From Flavobacteriaceae bacterium (GTDB lineage Bacteria > Bacteroidota > Bacteroidia > Flavobacteriales > Flavobacteriaceae): a stretch of 64,000 nucleotides of DNA. Below the pieces are notes generated by a model. That model did no database searches. It was not told where the DNA came from and was given only the letters and a program-made list of their open reading frames with translations. The first letter of the stretch is position 1, and each line of letters opens with the position of its first letter. The stretch is from assembly GCA_009693635.1 (NCBI GenBank), contig SHWW01000001.1, positions 2,549-66,548 of the forward strand. The letters are read 5' to 3'. Position numbers and translations under genes: made by a program. Shown in pieces: positions 32,396 to 42,697 of the stretch.

Positions 32396-32442
32396 GGTAA
32401 AAATTTAAGTTTATTCTTATTTTATTTAAAATGTTATGCCAA

Positions 32443-33084
32443 TTATAATTTTCCTAATTTCGCTAAAACAAATAGCAATACAATTGGAATTGCCAGCAAA
32501 ATAACCATTCCTAGATTATCAGTGAACATATGCGGTTCTTTTACCAAAGTAATCAAATAACCGCCAATTGCGCCACCAAAATGCGCCGTGTGCCCTATAT
32601 TGTCTCGCTTGGCTTTCATTCCATAAATAGAATACAACAAATATCCAATTCCAAAAATATAGGCAGAAATAGGGATTGGTATAAAAAATAAATACAAATC
32701 CATATCTGGTCTCAATAATATCGCAGAATATAAGATTCCCGTAACCGCTCCAGAAGCTCCAATGGCGCGATAAGAATAATCATTGGAATGGAAAAATAAC
32801 GTAAGCAAACTTCCAAAAATTAAACTTCCAACATAGATTAATGCAAAGGAAAAATCGCCTAAATAGTCATAAACAACTGGTGCAAAAAAATATAAAGTTA
32901 GCATATTAAATGCCAAATGACCAATGTCTGCATGCAAAAATGCGGATGAAATCAAACGTATTTGCTCGCCTGCACGAATACTTCCGATGTGAAATTCATA
33001 TTTTCTAAAAAAAACGGTGTCTTCAAAACCCTTGAAACTAACAATGATATTTAGTACAATAATGGCAATTAATATTGTATTCAT
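32443..33084 (-). CDS. Rhomboid family intramembrane serine protease
   Basis: HLAFNM, GASGA, AHFGGAIGG, multiple TM segments. Confidence 0.93.
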   Translation of the reverse strand: MNTILIAIIVLNIIVSFKGFEDTVFFRKYEFHIGSIRAGEQIRLISSAFLHADIGHLAFNMLTLYFFAPVVYDYLGDFSFALIYVGSLIFGSLLTLFFHSNDYSYRAIGASGAVTGILYSAILLRPDMDLYLFFIPIPISAYIFGIGYLLYSIYGMKAKRDNIGHTAHFGGAIGGYLITLVKEPHMFTDNLGMVILLAIPIVLLFVLAKLGKL

Positions 33085-33193
33085 CTTTATAAATTTAAAT
33101 TCAACTGTAAAAGTAAAGATACTTTCCGTAGCTTTTATAAATCAAGTTCGTCAAAATAGGATTAAAATGTATATTTGCATAAATTATTCAAAA

Positions 33194-34063
33194 ATGCAAT
33201 TTTTACTTTATATTTTATTATACCCAATTTTATGGTGTGTTTCCATACTTCCTTTTCGGATACTATATATCGTTTCCGATGGTATTTATCTGTTAACCTA
33301 CTATATTATAAGCTACAGAAAAAAAACAGTTCGGGAAAATCTGGCTTTGGCCTTACCACATCTTTCAGAAAAAGAACGTTTAGTTATCGAAAAAAAATCT
33401 TTTCGCCACATGTGCGATGTTTTTTTAGAAATGATAAAAACCTTAACAATTTCTAAAAGCGAAATTGAAAAACGTTATGTTTTTAATAATCTTGAGGTAT
33501 ATTCTGATTTAGAAAAAAAAGGAAAAAGTATCGCTTTATTATGTGCGCACTATGCAAGTTACGAATGGGCTGTTTCGATGAACCGCAATATTACTTTTGA
33601 AGGATATGCCGTTTATAAAAAAATAAACAACCGCTATTTTGATAAATTAGTTCGTGATATTCGTTCTAAATTTAAAGCTACTTTAATTACTACAAAAGAA
33701 ACTATTTCCGTAATGGCAACTAATTCTAGAATCAACAATCTTGGACTTTACGGTTTAATAAGCGACCAATCTCCAAAATTAGGTTCTTTCTTTCATTGGA
33801 ATAAATTTATGGGGATTGAAGTCCCGATCCATACTGGCGGTGAAATGCTCGCCAAAAAATACAATATGAATGTAATATTCTTAAGAACCAAAAAAGTAAA
33901 AAGAGGATATTATGAAGCTACATTTGAAATACTTTCCGAAAATGCGAAGGAAGTTCCAAATTATGAAATCACAGATCAATTTCTAAAACTCGTAGAACAG
34001 CAAATTTATGAGCAACCAGAATATTATTTATGGTCACATAAACGCTGGAAACACAGAAGATAA
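33194..34063 (+). CDS. Lipid A late acyltransferase family (LpxL/HtrB-like)
   Basis: AHYASYE, SDQ, PEYYLWSHKRWK; likely start MQFLLY at 33194 after TATATTTG (33170-33177), which removes the track ORF overlap with the rhomboid gene. Confidence 0.88.
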   Translation: MQFLLYILLYPILWCVSILPFRILYIVSDGIYLLTYYIISYRKKTVRENLALALPHLSEKERLVIEKKSFRHMCDVFLEMIKTLTISKSEIEKRYVFNNLEVYSDLEKKGKSIALLCAHYASYEWAVSMNRNITFEGYAVYKKINNRYFDKLVRDIRSKFKATLITTKETISVMATNSRINNLGLYGLISDQSPKLGSFFHWNKFMGIEVPIHTGGEMLAKKYNMNVIFLRTKKVKRGYYEATFEILSENAKEVPNYEITDQFLKLVEQQIYEQPEYYLWSHKRWKHRR

Positions 34064-34176
34064 TGATTAATAATTTTGTTTTCTAAGAAATCTAAAAATC
34101 CGAAAAGTCTTTATAAAAAACCATTCGAGACCGTTTCTTTCTCCAACTCTTTTGAATTTATATGCACAAACTCATT

Positions 34177-34376
34177 ACTGTTTTACCAATATTTTTCTCC
34201 AAGTTGAGCACTTGCGGAAGGTGTTGCTATTCCATTTTTTGTATAAAAATTGGGAGCAAAAGCATCGTGGTAATTATAGTTTGAAACCAATTTGGTTTCT
34301 ATTGTTGCGCTTTTAATGATACTGTTCCGAGAAATAAAGCCGAAAATAAAATGGCTTTAGTAAAATGGTTTTACAT
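34177..34376 (-). pseudogene. 5' remnant of an M1 family aminopeptidase gene
   Basis: M*NHFTKAILFSALFLGTVSLKAQQ, frameshift, then SNYNYHDAFAPNFYTKNGIATPSASAQLGEKYW*N; resembles the Bacteroidetes M1 N-terminus RSASGxPGxxYWQN; catalytic part absent. Confidence 0.65.
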
Positions 34377-34573
34377 TTATTTCTATTTAGATTTTAGATT
34401 AAACGAATCATTAAATTAAATGTTACATTCAACAAGAATATATAATTAAATATGGGAAACAATTCGAATTACAAAGTTGCTGTTTTTTATTGATATAGGA
34501 ATTTTTTAACAAAATTTACTGAAAAATTGAGTACAATAGCTTAGATTTAATACTTTTATAAAAAATAAAAACT

Positions 34574-35125
34574 ATGTTAGTCCTTAATTTTAATCCATTT
34601 CCTAAACTAGAAAGCGACCGTTTATTGCTTCGACGCATAGATAAAAATGATGTAAAAGAAATTTTCGAAATGCGTTCCGATGCCGAAAATATGAAGTATA
34701 TTCCAAGACCTTTGTTAAAAAATCATGAAGAAGCTTTGGAACACTTGGCCATGATAGATTCGGGAATAGAAAAAAATGAAGCCATTAATTGGGGAGTTAC
34801 AATCAAAGGAAGTTCTAAATTACTTGGTATTATGGGTTTTTATAGAACGAAACACGAACATTATCGTTCAGAAATTGGATACATGCTACTTCCTGAGATT
34901 CACGGAAAAGGAATTGCTAAAGAAGCAATTGGAATTTTAGTGAAATATGGATTTAATGAAATGAAGTTGCATTCAATTGAAGCCATTATAGATTCTGAAA
35001 ATGGTGCTTCTGAAAAAGTATTACTGAAAAATGGTTTTGTAAAAGAAGGTCATTTTAAAGAAAATGAATTTTATGACGGTAAATTTATTGATAGCGTGAT
35101 TTATTCTCGGCTGAATAATTCTTAA
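34574..35125 (+). CDS. GNAT N-acetyltransferase (RimJ/RimL-like)
   Basis: [38 protein letters not shown]. Confidence 0.88.
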   Translation: MLVLNFNPFPKLESDRLLLRRIDKNDVKEIFEMRSDAENMKYIPRPLLKNHEEALEHLAMIDSGIEKNEAINWGVTIKGSSKLLGIMGFYRTKHEHYRSEIGYMLLPEIHGKGIAKEAIGILVKYGFNEMKLHSIEAIIDSENGASEKVLLKNGFVKEGHFKENEFYDGKFIDSVIYSRLNNS

Positions 35126-35349
35126 TTTTTAAATTTATTCTGGTTATCCAAATACAATTCCTCTACTTTCTTTCTTGCCCAATCTGTTTTTCTTAGAAAA
35201 GTAAGACTTGATTTTACACTTGGATTGTCCGTAAAACATTTAATTTTTATTAATTCGCCTAAAGTATCAAAACCATAAAATGCAACTAATTGTTCTACAA
35301 TTGATTGAAGGGTAATTCCGTGAAGATGATTATTTACTTGATTTGACAT
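35122..35349 (-). CDS. VF530 / DUF2132 family small protein
   Basis: LHGITL...[29 protein letters not shown]. Confidence 0.85.
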   Translation of the reverse strand: MSNQVNNHLHGITLQSIVEQLVAFYGFDTLGELIKIKCFTDNPSVKSSLTFLRKTDWARKKVEELYLDNQNKFKN

Positions 35350-35442
35350 TTAGTATCAATTTATAATTATAAAAAAGACCCTCTTAAAAAGCACGGTCTT
35401 TCGAACAAAAATAATAAATTGTTGTCGTACATTTGCAGTCCT

Positions 35443-35895
35443 ATGCTAAAAACTATAAACATATTAAATAAGAGAGCACGATTTGATTATGAAATAATCG
35501 AAACCTACACTGCTGGAATTGTTTTAGCGGGTACCGAAATCAAATCCATTCGTTTAGGGAAAGCAAATATTACAGAAAGTTTTTGTGAATTTAGTGGTAT
35601 CGAACTTTTTGCGATAAATACCTATATCGAAGAATATACATTTGGGAATCAATTTAATCATAAAGCACGAAGCGAACGAAAATTGCTTTTAAACAAAAGA
35701 GAATTAAAAAGTTTAGCCAGAAGTGTGCAGGCAAAAGGGTTGACCATTGTACCATTAAAATTGTTTACCAATGAAAAGGGAATGGCTAAATTAGAAATCG
35801 GACTTTGTAAAGGAAAGAAGACCTACGACAAGCGAGAATCCTTGAAAGAACAAGATACAAAAAGAGATTTAGATCGAATAAAAAAAGAATTTTAG
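35443..35895 (+). CDS. smpB: SsrA-binding protein
   Basis: [35 protein letters not shown]; start at ATG 35443 after TACATTTG (35428-35435). Confidence 0.97.
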   Translation: MLKTINILNKRARFDYEIIETYTAGIVLAGTEIKSIRLGKANITESFCEFSGIELFAINTYIEEYTFGNQFNHKARSERKLLLNKRELKSLARSVQAKGLTIVPLKLFTNEKGMAKLEIGLCKGKKTYDKRESLKEQDTKRDLDRIKKEF

Positions 35896-35967
35896 AAAAA
35901 AGAGTTAAATGCTTTTTTTTAAGAATAAATATGACTAAATTTGTCTTGACAATAAAAGTTACTAAAG

Positions 35968-37017
35968 ATGAAGCAACTATTAAAAAATGCAAGAGAGAAA
36001 AAAAACTTAAAAACTCGTGAAGTAGCACATCTCATTGGGATTGATCAGTCATTGATAAGTAAATTTGAAAGCGGATCAAGAAAACCAACAAAAGACCAAA
36101 TAATAAAATTAGCTTCAATTCTTGAGATAGATTTAGAAACACTAATGATTGCTTGGCTTAAAGAAAAAATTATTTATGAAATTGGGAGTGATGAATTTGC
36201 TATAAAAGCGATGAATTTAGTTAGAGAAGAAGCCGAAAATACATTCGGAATTGCAAAGACAAAATTATCAAAAAGTTTAACTATTATATTGGTTGAAATT
36301 GATACTCTAAAACAAAAATTAGATTCTTTTAGAAAATTAGACAGTTACAAAATTGCTCAGGCTTTAGAATTAGAATATACTTTTGAGAGCAATAGAATTG
36401 AAGGAAATACAATGACGCTTCGTGAAACTGATTTAGTTATCAATGAAGGGCTTACTATTTCAGGAAAAAGCATGCGAGAGCACCTTGAAGCTATAAATCA
36501 TCAAGAAGCGATCGCTTATATTAAACAATTAATGGAGCGAAATACAGCATTGAATGAACGTGAATTTTTGTGTATTCACAATCTAATTTTGAGAGGAATT
36601 AATCCTGAAGATGCTGGAAAATATAGAAAAGTTCAAGTTATGATAAAAGGAAGTTCTCATTTGCCTCCACAACCTTTTATGGTTGCAAAGGAAATGGAAG
36701 ATTTTTTCATTTGGTATGAAACAAATAAAAAAAGGCTTCATCCAGTTATTTTAGCTGCAGAACTTCACGAACGTTTGGTAACTATTCATCCATTTGTTGA
36801 TGGAAACGGTAGAAGTTCTCGGTTAGTAATGAACCTTATTTTGTTACAACAAGGTTATGTAATTGCCAATATTAAAGGTGATTACGACACTAGAATGGAA
36901 TATTATAATTCCCTTGAAGTTGCACAAACTAAAAACAACAAAGATGATTTTTTGATGTTTATTGCGCAAGTAGAAAAAGAAAGTTTAGAGCGTTATTTAA
37001 ATATTATTGGACAATAA
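35968..37017 (+). CDS. XRE-HTH / Fic domain fusion (class II Fic)
   Basis: N-terminal HTH (VAHLIGIDQSLISKFESGSRKP); inhibitory motif SNRIEGN; catalytic HPFVDGNGRSSR. Confidence 0.92.
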   Translation: MKQLLKNAREKKNLKTREVAHLIGIDQSLISKFESGSRKPTKDQIIKLASILEIDLETLMIAWLKEKIIYEIGSDEFAIKAMNLVREEAENTFGIAKTKLSKSLTIILVEIDTLKQKLDSFRKLDSYKIAQALELEYTFESNRIEGNTMTLRETDLVINEGLTISGKSMREHLEAINHQEAIAYIKQLMERNTALNEREFLCIHNLILRGINPEDAGKYRKVQVMIKGSSHLPPQPFMVAKEMEDFFIWYETNKKRLHPVILAAELHERLVTIHPFVDGNGRSSRLVMNLILLQQGYVIANIKGDYDTRMEYYNSLEVAQTKNNKDDFLMFIAQVEKESLERYLNIIGQ

Positions 37018-37042
37018 ACCTTGATTATTCGGAGTTTTTGTT

Positions 37043-37684
37043 TTAGTTTTTATCTTCTAATAGAGGAACGAATTTAAAATCCCCAAATTCGTGTTTTTCA
37101 AATTGAGTTTCATTTTTTCTAATTAGCATCGTCATTATTTGATTTTTATCCCCAACAGGGATTATCAACCTACCACCTATTTTTAATTGCGCCATTAAAG
37201 GCTTTGGAATCGTGGGAGCACCTGCTGTTACTATAATACTGTCAAAAGGGGCGTGATTTGGTAAACCTTTATAACCATCTCCAAAAGAAAGATGTTTAGG
37301 GCGAATTCCTAATTTTGGCAACAATGCCGAAGTTTGTTTGAATAATTCATTTTGTCGCTCTACACTAAAAACTTTGGCTCCCATCAAACACAAAACTGCC
37401 GTTTGATAGCCAGAACCTGTTCCTATTTCCAAAATTTTATCGTCTTTTTTTATTTCTAATAATTGGCTTTGAAAAGCAACGGTATAAGGTTGTGAAATAG
37501 TCTGCCCTGCTCCAATTGGAAATGCTTTGTCTTGATAGGCATAGTCTTCAAAACTTGAATTTAAAAATAAATGGCGTGGAATAGTGCTAATTGCTTTTAA
37601 TACGTTTTTGTCAACAATCCCTTTTTCTTGCAACAATTTCACGAGCTGGTTTCTAAGTCCTTGATGTTTGGCTGTATTTTTCAA
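37043..37684 (-). CDS. pcm: Protein-L-isoaspartate O-methyltransferase
   Basis: GQTISQP, LEIGTGSGYQ, FDSIIVTAGA, FVPL; TTG start. Confidence 0.95.
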   Translation of the reverse strand: MKNTAKHQGLRNQLVKLLQEKGIVDKNVLKAISTIPRHLFLNSSFEDYAYQDKAFPIGAGQTISQPYTVAFQSQLLEIKKDDKILEIGTGSGYQTAVLCLMGAKVFSVERQNELFKQTSALLPKLGIRPKHLSFGDGYKGLPNHAPFDSIIVTAGAPTIPKPLMAQLKIGGRLIIPVGDKNQIMTMLIRKNETQFEKHEFGDFKFVPLLEDKN

Positions 37685-37805
37685 AACTAATTATTATTTA
37701 TGATGTAAATTTAAGAAAGTAATTGTTAATTTATAGGATCGATTTAATTTTAAATGCATTAATTAATTATCAATTTATTACTATTTTTGTTGAAAATACT
37801 TAGTT

Positions 37806-38771
37806 ATGTTAAAAGTAGGCGTTTTAGGTGCTGGACATCTCGGAAAAATACATTTAAGATTATTACAACAATCAGAAAAATATGAATTGGTAGGATTTTA
37901 TGATGAAAATCATGAAAACGGTTCAAAAATAGCGGAAGAGTTTGGCTACAAACAGTTTCACACCATAGCGACTTTAATTCACGCTGTGGATGTTATTGAC
38001 ATTGTAACCCCTACTCTTTCTCATTATAAATGTGCTAAAGTGGCTATTAAATCAGGGAAACATGTTTTTATAGAAAAACCTATTTCAAATACTGTCGCTG
38101 AAGCGGAAGAAATTATAGCTTTAGCCATTGAATATAATGTAAAAGGACAAGTTGGTCACGTTGAAAGATTCAATCCTGCATTTATTGCTACAAAAGATAT
38201 GATTGAAAATCCAATGTTCATTGAAACCCATCGATTGGCTGAATTTAATCCTCGTGGAACTGATGTTCCAGTAGTTTTAGATTTGATGATTCACGATATC
38301 GATGCTATATTAAGCGTTGTTCCTTCAAAAGTTAAACTTATTAACGCAAGTGGAGTTTCTGTAATTAGCGATACCCCAGATATTGCGAATGCTAGAATTG
38401 AATTCGAAAATGGATGTGTTGCCAATTTAACAGCAAGCAGAATTTCATTAAAAAATATGCGTAAAACTAGATTTTTCCAAAAAGACGCTTACATATCTGT
38501 TGATTTTCTTGAAAAAAAATGCGAGGTAGTTAAAATGAAAAATGCACCCGAAGTTCCTGGTGATTTTGATATGATTTTACAAAATGCAGAAGGTGTAAAA
38601 AAACAAATTTATTTTGCAAATCCTGATGTAGAACAAAATAACGCTATTTTAGACGAATTGGATTCTTTTGCTGATGCTATAAATAATAATACAAATACAG
38701 TTGTTACATTGGAACAAGGAACAAATGCACTAAGAGTTGCTTATCAAATAATTGATTGTTTTAAAAAATAA
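37806..38771 (+). CDS. Gfo/Idh/MocA family oxidoreductase
   Basis: GAGHLG, IEKP, GHVERFNP, DLMIHD. Confidence 0.92.
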   Translation: MLKVGVLGAGHLGKIHLRLLQQSEKYELVGFYDENHENGSKIAEEFGYKQFHTIATLIHAVDVIDIVTPTLSHYKCAKVAIKSGKHVFIEKPISNTVAEAEEIIALAIEYNVKGQVGHVERFNPAFIATKDMIENPMFIETHRLAEFNPRGTDVPVVLDLMIHDIDAILSVVPSKVKLINASGVSVISDTPDIANARIEFENGCVANLTASRISLKNMRKTRFFQKDAYISVDFLEKKCEVVKMKNAPEVPGDFDMILQNAEGVKKQIYFANPDVEQNNAILDELDSFADAINNNTNTVVTLEQGTNALRVAYQIIDCFKK

Positions 38772-38774
38772 TAT

Positions 38775-39662
38775 ATGAAAATAATAGCTGTAATTGGAGC
38801 TGGAACGATGGGTAACGGAATTGCTCATACATTTGCTCAAAGCGGATTTACCGTCAAATTAATTGATGTTTCCGAAAAATCATTGGATAAAGGAATGGCA
38901 ACTATTGCTACAAATTTAGATAGAATGGTTGCAAAAGAAACTATTACTGAGGAAGATAAATTGAAAACCATTTCCAATATTATTACTTACACCGATATAA
39001 AAGATGGGGTTGTTGGTGTTGATTTAGTGGTTGAAGCTGCAACAGAAAATGTAGAATTAAAACTCAATATTTTCAAACAACTAAATGAAGTTTGTTCACA
39101 TAATACCATATTAGCAACCAATACTTCTTCTATTTCAATTACGCAAATAGGCGCTGTTGTTGCTCATCCTGAAAGAGTTATCGGAATGCACTTTATGAAT
39201 CCTGTGCCAATTATGAAATTGGTAGAAATCATTCGTGGCTACAACACATCAGATGAAGTTACAAAAATAATTATGGATTTATCAGAAAAATTAGGTAAAA
39301 CTCCTGTCGAAGTTAATGATTATCCCGGTTTTGTTGCCAATAGAATTCTGTTGCCAATGATTAACGAAGCCGTTGAAACCTTATACAATAAAGTTGCTGG
39401 TGTATATGAAATTGATACCGTTATGAAATTAGGAATGGGACAGCCAATGGGACCCTTGCAATTAGCTGATTTTATTGGACTTGACGTGTGTTTGGCCATT
39501 TTAAATGTAATGTATGACGGTTTTAAAAATCCAAAATATGCTCCTTGCCCACTTTTAGTAAATATGGTTCGTGCAGGAAAATTAGGTTCAAAATCTGGTG
39601 AAGGTTTTTATGATTACAGCGAAAGTAAAAAAGCGGAGAAAATCGCAAAACAGTTTATATAA
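38775..39662 (+). CDS. hbd: 3-hydroxybutyryl-CoA dehydrogenase
   Basis: GAGTMGNGIA, NTSSISI, GMHFMNP, PGFVANR, PMGPLQLADFIGLD. Confidence 0.92.
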   Translation: MKIIAVIGAGTMGNGIAHTFAQSGFTVKLIDVSEKSLDKGMATIATNLDRMVAKETITEEDKLKTISNIITYTDIKDGVVGVDLVVEAATENVELKLNIFKQLNEVCSHNTILATNTSSISITQIGAVVAHPERVIGMHFMNPVPIMKLVEIIRGYNTSDEVTKIIMDLSEKLGKTPVEVNDYPGFVANRILLPMINEAVETLYNKVAGVYEIDTVMKLGMGQPMGPLQLADFIGLDVCLAILNVMYDGFKNPKYAPCPLLVNMVRAGKLGSKSGEGFYDYSESKKAEKIAKQFI

Positions 39663-39663
39663 T

Positions 39664-40323
39664 ATGTCCATAAAAGAAAATTTACTCAAAATAAAATCGT
39701 CTTTACCTGAAAATGTAACTCTTGTTGCGGTTTCAAAAACCAAACCCGTTTCTCATTTGATGGAAGCCTACGCTGCAGGCCAACGCATTTTTGGTGAAAA
39801 CAAAATCCAAGAAATGACCGAAAAATGGGAACAAATGCCTAAAGATATTAAATGGCAGATGATTGGGCACATTCAAACGAACAAGGTAAAATTCATGGCG
39901 CCATACGTAAGTTTGATTCACGGAGTTGACAGTTTGAAATTATTAGAAGAAATTAATAAACAAGCCCTTAAAAACGATAGAATTATTAATTGTTTATTAC
40001 AAATTCACATTGCGGAAGAAGAAACAAAATTTGGAATAAATGAAGAAGAATTAGAGGATTTATTAGCATCTGATTCGTTAAAAAAAATGAACAATATCAA
40101 GATTATTGGTTTAATGGGAATGGCAACTTTTACAGAGAATCAAAACCAAATTAAGAAAGAATTTCAGCATTTGAAATCTATTTATGAAAAGTTACAATCT
40201 CTAAACATTAAAAATTGCAAACTAGACACTTTATCAATGGGAATGTCCGGCGATTATCAACTGGCAATTGCGTGCGGAAGTACAATGGTCCGCATTGGAA
40301 GTACTATCTTTGGAGGACGTTAA
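39664..40323 (+). CDS. yggS: YggS family PLP-binding protein
   Basis: LVAVSKTKP, FGENKIQE, LSMGMSGD, STMVRIGS; start MSIKEN at 39664. Confidence 0.93.
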   Translation: MSIKENLLKIKSSLPENVTLVAVSKTKPVSHLMEAYAAGQRIFGENKIQEMTEKWEQMPKDIKWQMIGHIQTNKVKFMAPYVSLIHGVDSLKLLEEINKQALKNDRIINCLLQIHIAEEETKFGINEEELEDLLASDSLKKMNNIKIIGLMGMATFTENQNQIKKEFQHLKSIYEKLQSLNIKNCKLDTLSMGMSGDYQLAIACGSTMVRIGSTIFGGR

Positions 40324-40347
40324 CAAAATATATTTAAATATAAAGAA

Positions 40348-41709
40348 ATTTACTGCATAATCGACATAGAAACCACTGGAGGAAAATTCAATGAGGAAGG
40401 AATTACAGAAATCGCAATCTATAGATTTGACGGTGACGAAATTGTGGATGAATTTATCAGTTTAGTAAATCCTGAAATCAAAATTCAGCCATTTGTTGAA
40501 AAATTAACCGGTATCAATAATACAATGCTAAAAAGAGCTCCAAAGTTTTTTGAAGTTGCTAAACGCATTATTGAGATTACAAAAGATTGTGTTTTAGTTG
40601 CTCATAATGCATCTTTTGATTATCGAATTTTAAGAACAGAATTTCGTCGTCTAGGATATGATTTCAATAAAAGAACACTGTGCACTGTTGAGTTATCACA
40701 ACAATTATTGCCTGAACAGACATCTCACAGCTTAGGAAAATTAGTTCGCGCACTTGGAATCCCAATTTTTGATAGACATCGAGCGAGTGGAGATGCATTA
40801 GCAACTGTAAAATTATTCCAATTACTTTTAGCGAAAGACACCGAAAAGGTAATTGTATCAGAATTAATTAAAACAGAAATTCAAAAAGGAATCGCTCCAA
40901 AATTATATACTATTATTGAAAGTTTACTTTCAATAACAGGCGTATATCATATTTATAATAAAGATAATAAGTTAATTTATATAGGTAAAAGTAAGAATAT
41001 AAAGAAGCGAATCAACCAGCATTTCACAGGTGTAGATGTCAAATCGACGAAAATCCAAAAGGAAGTTTTTTCAGTTACTTATGAAGAAACAGGCAGCGAA
41101 TTAATTGCTTTATTGAAAGAAAGCGAAGAAATTAAAATCCACAAACCCATCTATAACAGGGCGCAACGAAAAAGCGTTTTCAATATTGCGTTGTATGTTG
41201 AGGCTGATAAAAAGGGTTATTTGAATTTAAAACTTCGAAAAACTGATGGTCGACGAAAAGAAATTACCTCTTTTTCAACCTTACAAGAAGCGCAAAATGC
41301 ATTATTCAGAATCACATCAGATTATAAATTATGTCAAAAATTCACTGGTTTATATAATACAAAAGAATCCTGTTTTCAATATAAAATTAAGGAATGCGAT
41401 GGAGCCTGTATAGGAGAGATATCTCAAGTAGAATACAATTCGAGAGTTCAGGAATTCATCACAAAAAATAGCTTTGAAAATCAAAATATGGTTATAACTG
41501 ACAAAGGTCGAAATATAAGTGAGCTAAGTGCCGTATTAATTGAAAATGGAATATATAAAGGATATGCTTTTTACGATTTAAACTTTCAAATTCACAATAT
41601 TGAAATTCTGAAAAACATATTAATTCCAATGCAAAATAACCGCGAATCAAAAAATATTATAGAAAGTCACATTCGGAAAAGTAAATATTTGAAGATTATA
41701 AAATTTTAA
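40348..41709 (+). CDS. DEDDh (DnaQ-like) exonuclease fused to a GIY-YIG (UvrC/Cho-like) nuclease
   Basis: ExoI motif YCIIDIETTG upstream of the track start; HNASFD, HRASGDA; GVY...IYIGKS; Cys-rich CFQYKIKECDGAC; start inferred at ATT 40348. Confidence 0.85.
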   Translation: MYCIIDIETTGGKFNEEGITEIAIYRFDGDEIVDEFISLVNPEIKIQPFVEKLTGINNTMLKRAPKFFEVAKRIIEITKDCVLVAHNASFDYRILRTEFRRLGYDFNKRTLCTVELSQQLLPEQTSHSLGKLVRALGIPIFDRHRASGDALATVKLFQLLLAKDTEKVIVSELIKTEIQKGIAPKLYTIIESLLSITGVYHIYNKDNKLIYIGKSKNIKKRINQHFTGVDVKSTKIQKEVFSVTYEETGSELIALLKESEEIKIHKPIYNRAQRKSVFNIALYVEADKKGYLNLKLRKTDGRRKEITSFSTLQEAQNALFRITSDYKLCQKFTGLYNTKESCFQYKIKECDGACIGEISQVEYNSRVQEFITKNSFENQNMVITDKGRNISELSAVLIENGIYKGYAFYDLNFQIHNIEILKNILIPMQNNRESKNIIESHIRKSKYLKIIKF

Positions 41710-41778
41710 TTTTTTTTAAACCTATTTTTAGCTATTAGGTTGAATAAACTGCTATCTGAGCTAACAAAAAACTAACTA

Positions 41779-42696
41779 ATGAAGTATTTAATAACTATAG
41801 TCGGTCCAACTGCAATTGGAAAAACTTCATTAAGCATTGTTTTGGCAAAACATTTTGGTTGTGAAATTATTTCTTGTGATAGCCGTCAGTTTTTTAAGGA
41901 AATATCAATTGGAACAGCAGTTCCTAACAAAGAGGAGCTTTCGTCGGTTTCCCATCATTTTATCCATAACAAATCAATATTTGATAATTATACTGTTGGT
42001 GATTTCGAAAAAGAAGCCATATTAAAACTTGACGAACTCTATAAAACATCAAATTTTGCAATCCTTGTAGGCGGTTCAGGATTATATGTAAATGCTATTT
42101 TAAAAGGATTTGATTCATTTCCAAAAATTGAAAGTTCCTTTCGGGAACAAGTAAATTACGATTATGAGAACTTTGGAATAACTTATTTACAACAAAAACT
42201 AAAAGAATTAGATTCCGATTATTTTAATACAATTAAATTAAAAAATCCTCAAACATTACAAAATCCTCAAAGAATGATGCGTTTTGTGGAAGTTTGTATT
42301 GGATCTGGAAAACCCTATTCTTCTTTTATGAATAAGAAAAAAGATACGAGAAACTTCACTCCTATTATTATTGGTTTGGAAGCAGATCGAGAAATAATTT
42401 ACGAACGAATTAATCAGCGTGTTGAAATTATGATAAACGAGGGCTTATTGGAGGAAGCCGAAAGAGTCTTTACAAATAAAAAATTAAATTCCTTACAAAC
42501 TATTGGATACAGTGAGTTGTTTGAATATTTTGAAGAAAAAACAACATTAGATTTAGCCATTGAAAAAATTAAGAAAAATACTCGAAGATTTGCAAAACGA
42601 CAAATTACATGGTTCAAAAGAAATGAAGAAACAAAATGGTTTGATTTTTCTACCGACAGAAAAAACATAATTGAATTCATAAATCTTAAATTATAA
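41779..42696 (+). CDS. miaA: tRNA dimethylallyltransferase
   Basis: GPTAIGKT, DSRQ, VGGSGLY, TRRFAKRQITWF. Confidence 0.96.
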   Translation: MKYLITIVGPTAIGKTSLSIVLAKHFGCEIISCDSRQFFKEISIGTAVPNKEELSSVSHHFIHNKSIFDNYTVGDFEKEAILKLDELYKTSNFAILVGGSGLYVNAILKGFDSFPKIESSFREQVNYDYENFGITYLQQKLKELDSDYFNTIKLKNPQTLQNPQRMMRFVEVCIGSGKPYSSFMNKKKDTRNFTPIIIGLEADREIIYERINQRVEIMINEGLLEEAERVFTNKKLNSLQTIGYSELFEYFEEKTTLDLAIEKIKKNTRRFAKRQITWFKRNEETKWFDFSTDRKNIIEFINLKL

Positions 42697-42697
42697 A

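Noticed and set aside
35896-37042. tmRNA gene or integrated island next to smpB
   Set aside because: No ssrA-like sequence, integrase or att direct repeats seen; only a single Fic gene
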